From the NCBI GenBank assembly GCA_028716525.1, contig JAQUPQ010000015.1:1237-65236 (forward strand): a stretch of DNA of 64,000 nucleotides, in the 5' to 3' direction. Made by a program: the position numbers and the translations under genes. A model generated the notes under the pieces. The model had not been told where the DNA came from. It did not search any database and was given only the letters and a program-made list of their open reading frames with translations. This document shows, piece after piece, positions 60,911 through 64,000 of the stretch; within the stretch, counting starts at the first letter, position 1, and every line of letters begins with the position of its first letter. The stretch is from Terriglobia bacterium (lineage in GTDB: Bacteria; Acidobacteriota; Terriglobia; JAIQFV01).

Positions 60911-62050
60911 CTACACGCGCGACAACCGCCCTTGCCGAGATTCGTACTCCTCACCTTGCCAATACACTCGATTCACCCACAGACTCACGAACCACACGAG
61001 AAATCCAATGGCATCGTGAACTGGCAACATCCACCATCTTTTTCTCACCAATCGATCTCCCAGAACCCAATCCCCCACCACCAGGGCCATAACAGTGCGC
61101 AGGACGAGATATGCCGCAAGAAATCCAACCGTAATGCGGCTTGATGGCGCCATCGCGGCCGCAGCAACAGCCCAAGGCAAGCCTTGCGCGAAGACATAAC
61201 CGAGGTAGCCCGCGAGCTCTGACTGCCGTGTCACCACTCCCCATCGCACCTGATGCCGGAAAAAATCGCGCCAGCTCCCGGAGGAACACTGGGTCTCGAC
61301 AACGCTCCGTGTTACCTCGACTTTGTACCCGCGCTCGGCGATTCGATGGCCCAGCTCACGGTCATCTGCAGCGGAGTCGAGCAGTGCTTCGAAACCTCCA
61401 ATATCCTGAATGGCTTTTCGAGTCACCGCCATGGTGGCGCCAAAAGTAAATTTCACACCCAACACGCGAGCCACAAAAGCGCCCGGCAGAAAATCGGTGC
61501 TCACATGCAACGCTTCGAGCTCCGACCACACATTCCGTCGGGCGATTCCCCGATAGAAACACGTTGCCGCCCCCACTCGAGTGTCACCGAACACCGCCGC
61601 CACGCGGCGAAGATAATCTCGATCAGCGCGAATATCACTGTCACTCACCACCAAGAGGTCATGGTGCGCCTCCCGCGCCAATCGGCACAGTTTCTCGACC
61701 TTGTTGTTCGAACCGCGGGCCTCCGTGCCGATGAAAAGCCGGATGCTCGCCGCCGGAAAATCACGAATCAGTTGATGAACCGTTGGAATCGCGGCATCTT
61801 CGCTCGAATCGACCGCCAGCAGAACTTCATAATCTCCGTAATCCTGTCGGCAGAAGCTGGCGAGGTTTTCATAGAGCTGTGGCTCCGCTCCGTGAAGCGG
61901 CTTGAGAACGCTGACAGAAGGCAAGAAATCATTCCGGCCTTCATCCTTTGTCACGTGAAATTGCCACGCCGAGATGAAGGCGGCCACGTAATAAATTCCT
62001 GCAATCCCAAATCCGAGATCGAAAATTGTCTTGAGGATGCTCCAAAACAC
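60911..62050 (-). CDS. Family-2 glycosyltransferase of the ceramide-glucosyltransferase-like (GT21/HpnI-like) type
   Basis: N-terminal TM helix, VLKPLHG...D motif, DSD (SDSDIR) and later Q/RxxRW-like region. Membrane-embedded C-terminus. Confidence 0.65.
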   Translation of the reverse strand: MFWSILKTIFDLGFGIAGIYYVAAFISAWQFHVTKDEGRNDFLPSVSVLKPLHGAEPQLYENLASFCRQDYGDYEVLLAVDSSEDAAIPTVHQLIRDFPAASIRLFIGTEARGSNNKVEKLCRLAREAHHDLLVVSDSDIRADRDYLRRVAAVFGDTRVGAATCFYRGIARRNVWSELEALHVSTDFLPGAFVARVLGVKFTFGATMAVTRKAIQDIGGFEALLDSAADDRELGHRIAERGYKVEVTRSVVETQCSSGSWRDFFRHQVRWGVVTRQSELAGYLGYVFAQGLPWAVAAAAMAPSSRITVGFLAAYLVLRTVMALVVGDWVLGDRLVRKRWWMLPVHDAIGFLVWFVSLWVNRVYWQGEEYESRQGRLSRV

Positions 62051-62062
62051 AAAGTTTCTCTT

Positions 62063-62437
62063 TCAGCGATTCGTGAGAGCCACCAGCGCCACGCCGAGGG
62101 TGACGAGCACAATGCCCATCCACCGCATCGAGGAAAGCCTTTCTCCCAAGAACACCTTGGCCCCGAGCGCGCCCGCGACGTATCCTAGCGCCGTGGCCGG
62201 AATCACAAAACTGACGTCGTTCCACGAGAGCAGCACCAGCAATGAGAAAAATCCCATGGCCAGAAACACAATCCCCAATCCAAACGATTTCTTCCGAATC
62301 CCCTGCCCCAAAAATCGAAAGATCGACCGCAGCGAGAAGTTTTTCACTTCCTCCATCTGCTTCATGGCGCGCGTGACGAGGAGCTCACCGGCTGTTGTCG
62401 CGAAGACTACGATCAGGAGCCAGATTGTGGTGCGCAT
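62063..62437 (-). CDS. Half-size DMT-superfamily (EamA/SMR-like, 4-TMS) transporter subunit
   Basis: 124 aa, four TM helices, EamA-like pattern. Confidence 0.6.
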   Translation of the reverse strand: MRTTIWLLIVVFATTAGELLVTRAMKQMEEVKNFSLRSIFRFLGQGIRKKSFGLGIVFLAMGFFSLLVLLSWNDVSFVIPATALGYVAGALGAKVFLGERLSSMRWMGIVLVTLGVALVALTNR

Positions 62438-62438
62438 G

Positions 62439-62855
62439 TCAATTCTGCCTTGTTGTTGACGAGGGCGTGCGGGTGATCAGCGCCACACCCACACAGATGC
62501 ACACGACGCCCGTCCAGCGCAGAGCCGTTACCGATTCGCCCAGCCACCAGCGGCTGAAAATCGCCAGCAGGACATAGTTCAGTGCCGACGCCGGCATCAC
62601 AAAACTGAAGTCGGCCCACGAGAGAATCACCATGAAAGAAATCAGAAAAAGAAGCAGGCCGGCAATCCCCAGCCAGATCCAGCCGTTCGTAAAGACTTTT
62701 ATGAAGAGCAGGCCCAGCGCCGCCGGCGTCCACTCGTGGACATCACCAATCTGCCGCATGCCCATGCCCAGCAAGACATTGCCGATCGCCGAGAAAAAAA
62801 TGATCGGAACCAGAATGGTGTAGGTTTTCAACTGCAAGTTTTGTGGCTGAGACAT
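62439..62855 (-). CDS. Half-size DMT-superfamily (EamA/SMR-like, 4-TMS) transporter subunit
   Basis: Four TM helices. The 40 N-terminal codons of the ORF as given are a translation of the upstream tandem repeat, so start trimmed to MSQPQNL. Confidence 0.55.
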   Translation of the reverse strand: MSQPQNLQLKTYTILVPIIFFSAIGNVLLGMGMRQIGDVHEWTPAALGLLFIKVFTNGWIWLGIAGLLLFLISFMVILSWADFSFVMPASALNYVLLAIFSRWWLGESVTALRWTGVVCICVGVALITRTPSSTTRQN

Positions 62856-62874
62856 AAGAAGAAAAGAGGTCCGT

Positions 62875-62971
62875 GGGTGGCGCAGGCACGCGTTCGTGGC
62901 ATGTCTGCGGTGTGTCAGATAGGCGGGTGGCGCAGACATGCGCTCGTGGCATGTCTGCGGGATCTCAGACA
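62875..62971. repeat. Two-copy 50-bp tandem direct repeat immediately upstream of the DMT/glycosyltransferase operon
   Basis: GGGTGGCGCAGGCACGCGTTCGTGGCATGTCTGCGGTGTGTCAGATA (62875-62921) and GGGTGGCGCAGACATGCGCTCGTGGCATGTCTGCGGGATCTCAGACA (62925-62971), about 85% identical, 20-115 bp upstream of the predicted start. Confidence 0.75.
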
Positions 62972-63269
62972 CCTTCCTTTACTTGATCCCTACCTGTCGA
63001 ATCATCCTCAGTCCCCCCGATTCCTCGGGGCGCCACCCAACAGCTATTCTAACCCGAGTCACGCCAACGAGAAATCAAAGCTCGGTAGCGCCGGCAAGTT
63101 CTTGAGCCGGCGAAAAACAACAGCCGCCGCCTTAAAGAACAGGCGGCGCTACCAAAACCGGTCATCATAAGCACCGGCTCGATGTTGAACCTGATCTCTT
63201 GAATAATGTAGACTCTCATCTTGAAGGTGCCCTGCAACAAGGAGGCACAAACCTTCCGGGAGGCCTACC

Positions 63270-63791
63270 ATGAACCGTGCCGCGTTGTTGGCGCTTGTGC
63301 TTTGCCTGATGATTCTGTTGATGGGTTGTCCCTACGAGTCGACCGTTCCGATCGGCGCTCCCGGGCCGGGCTCATTGGATGCGCGCCTGTCGGGTCACTG
63401 GACTTCGACGGATTCAAAAGACGGCAAGGTCACGAAGATTGACTTTGCGCCGTTCAACAAAACCGAATATCACGTCGAAGCCCGAGAGCAGGACCAGCCG
63501 ACTGATGTGGAGCGCTATCGCGTCTACACAGTGAAGATCGGCGAGCGGTTGTTTCTCAACATCAACGAAATCAAAACCGAAGCCAAGCCGGGTCCGTATT
63601 ACCTGGCTGAATACTCCTTTTCTAAATCCGGCGAGCTCTCGATGCGTTTCGTGAGCGACACGGTAGTTCCAAAGTCTCTGCAATCCGATCCCAAGGGTTT
63701 AGTGAATTATTTGGAAAAGCATCCCACCGGCATTTTTGATCCTGACGACCAACCCCTCCTGCTCGAGCGTTCCAAGGAAAAGAAGCGTTAG
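63270..63791 (+). CDS. Lipoprotein of unknown function
   Basis: Lipoprotein signal with lipobox LLMGC (Cys25). About 150-aa mature soluble domain, no known motif. Confidence 0.55.
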   Translation: MNRAALLALVLCLMILLMGCPYESTVPIGAPGPGSLDARLSGHWTSTDSKDGKVTKIDFAPFNKTEYHVEAREQDQPTDVERYRVYTVKIGERLFLNINEIKTEAKPGPYYLAEYSFSKSGELSMRFVSDTVVPKSLQSDPKGLVNYLEKHPTGIFDPDDQPLLLERSKEKKR

Positions 63792-63800
63792 CGCTGGTAG

Positions 63801-63838
63801 CGCAGCCTTCGCCCCGATGAATCGGGGCGAAGGCTGCG
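63801..63838 (+). terminator. Very stable hairpin (18-bp perfect stem) directly after the lipoprotein gene
   Basis: CGCAGCCTTCGCCCCGAT ga ATCGGGGCGAAGGCTGCG. Shares the CCCCGAT..ATCGGGG palindromic core and CTGGTAGC 5' flank with elements 1 and 2. Confidence 0.5.
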
Positions 63839-64000
63839 GCGTTTGTGCACTGGTAGCCCCGGCATTTTTCAGGCCGGCGGATCCCCTCCGCAAATCCCGG
63901 ACTGTCCGGATGAAATAGAATCGACGCAGCGAAAAGCCCCGCCCTGCGGGCGAGCTACCCAAACCGCGATCAATGGGGTAGCACAGCCCAGCCCGTTTTA

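Overview
High-GC (~60%) bacterial chromosome segment with about 53 protein genes and 2 tRNAs. Gene content suggests Acidobacteriota: a CarboxypepD_reg-type TonB-dependent receptor, a VPS10/BNR-repeat protein and TPR/CarboxypepD_reg proteins. First ~11 kb (minus strand) is a conserved housekeeping block: rlpA, an HlyD-like adaptor plus ABC ATPase, prmC, prfA, DUF1385, rpmE, apt, acyP, surE, two tandem tRNA-Pro, a MerR regulator, der. 11.5-35.6 kb (plus strand): DinG-family helicase, queE, queC, TPR proteins, YHS protein, M48 protease, DHA2 MFS pump, TonB-dependent receptor, rmuC, CBS, GDPD, DUF885, two tandem paralogous secreted proteins of unknown function, PHP phosphoesterase, cysE. 35.6-47 kb holds the most unusual content. 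There is a heptad-periodic inverted-repeat element. There is a tightly fused operon of a sensor histidine kinase with CxxCH heme-c motifs, an archaemetzincin and a sigma54 response regulator. Convergent with it is a six-gene membrane redox operon: a Cys-rich GcvH-like protein, a pentaheme cytochrome c, a TAT-exported molybdopterin-oxidoreductase subunit, a 4Fe-4S subunit, an NrfD membrane subunit and a membrane-anchored GcvH-like protein. This looks like a Qrc/ACIII/Psr-type quinone-interacting complex uniquely associated with two lipoyl-carrier-fold proteins, and it is my best candidate for an undescribed system. 47-64 kb: DsbA-like protein, VPS10/BNR protein, triheme cytochrome c7-like, alpha/beta hydrolase, L-lactate permease, PQQ-type sugar dehydrogenase, a GT2/21 glycosyltransferase plus two half-size DMT transporters, a lipoprotein. 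Interspersed are two homologous about 440-460-bp non-coding elements bounded by 20-26-bp terminal inverted repeats, and a 50-bp tandem repeat. No CRISPR, rRNA, transposase or phage genes were seen.
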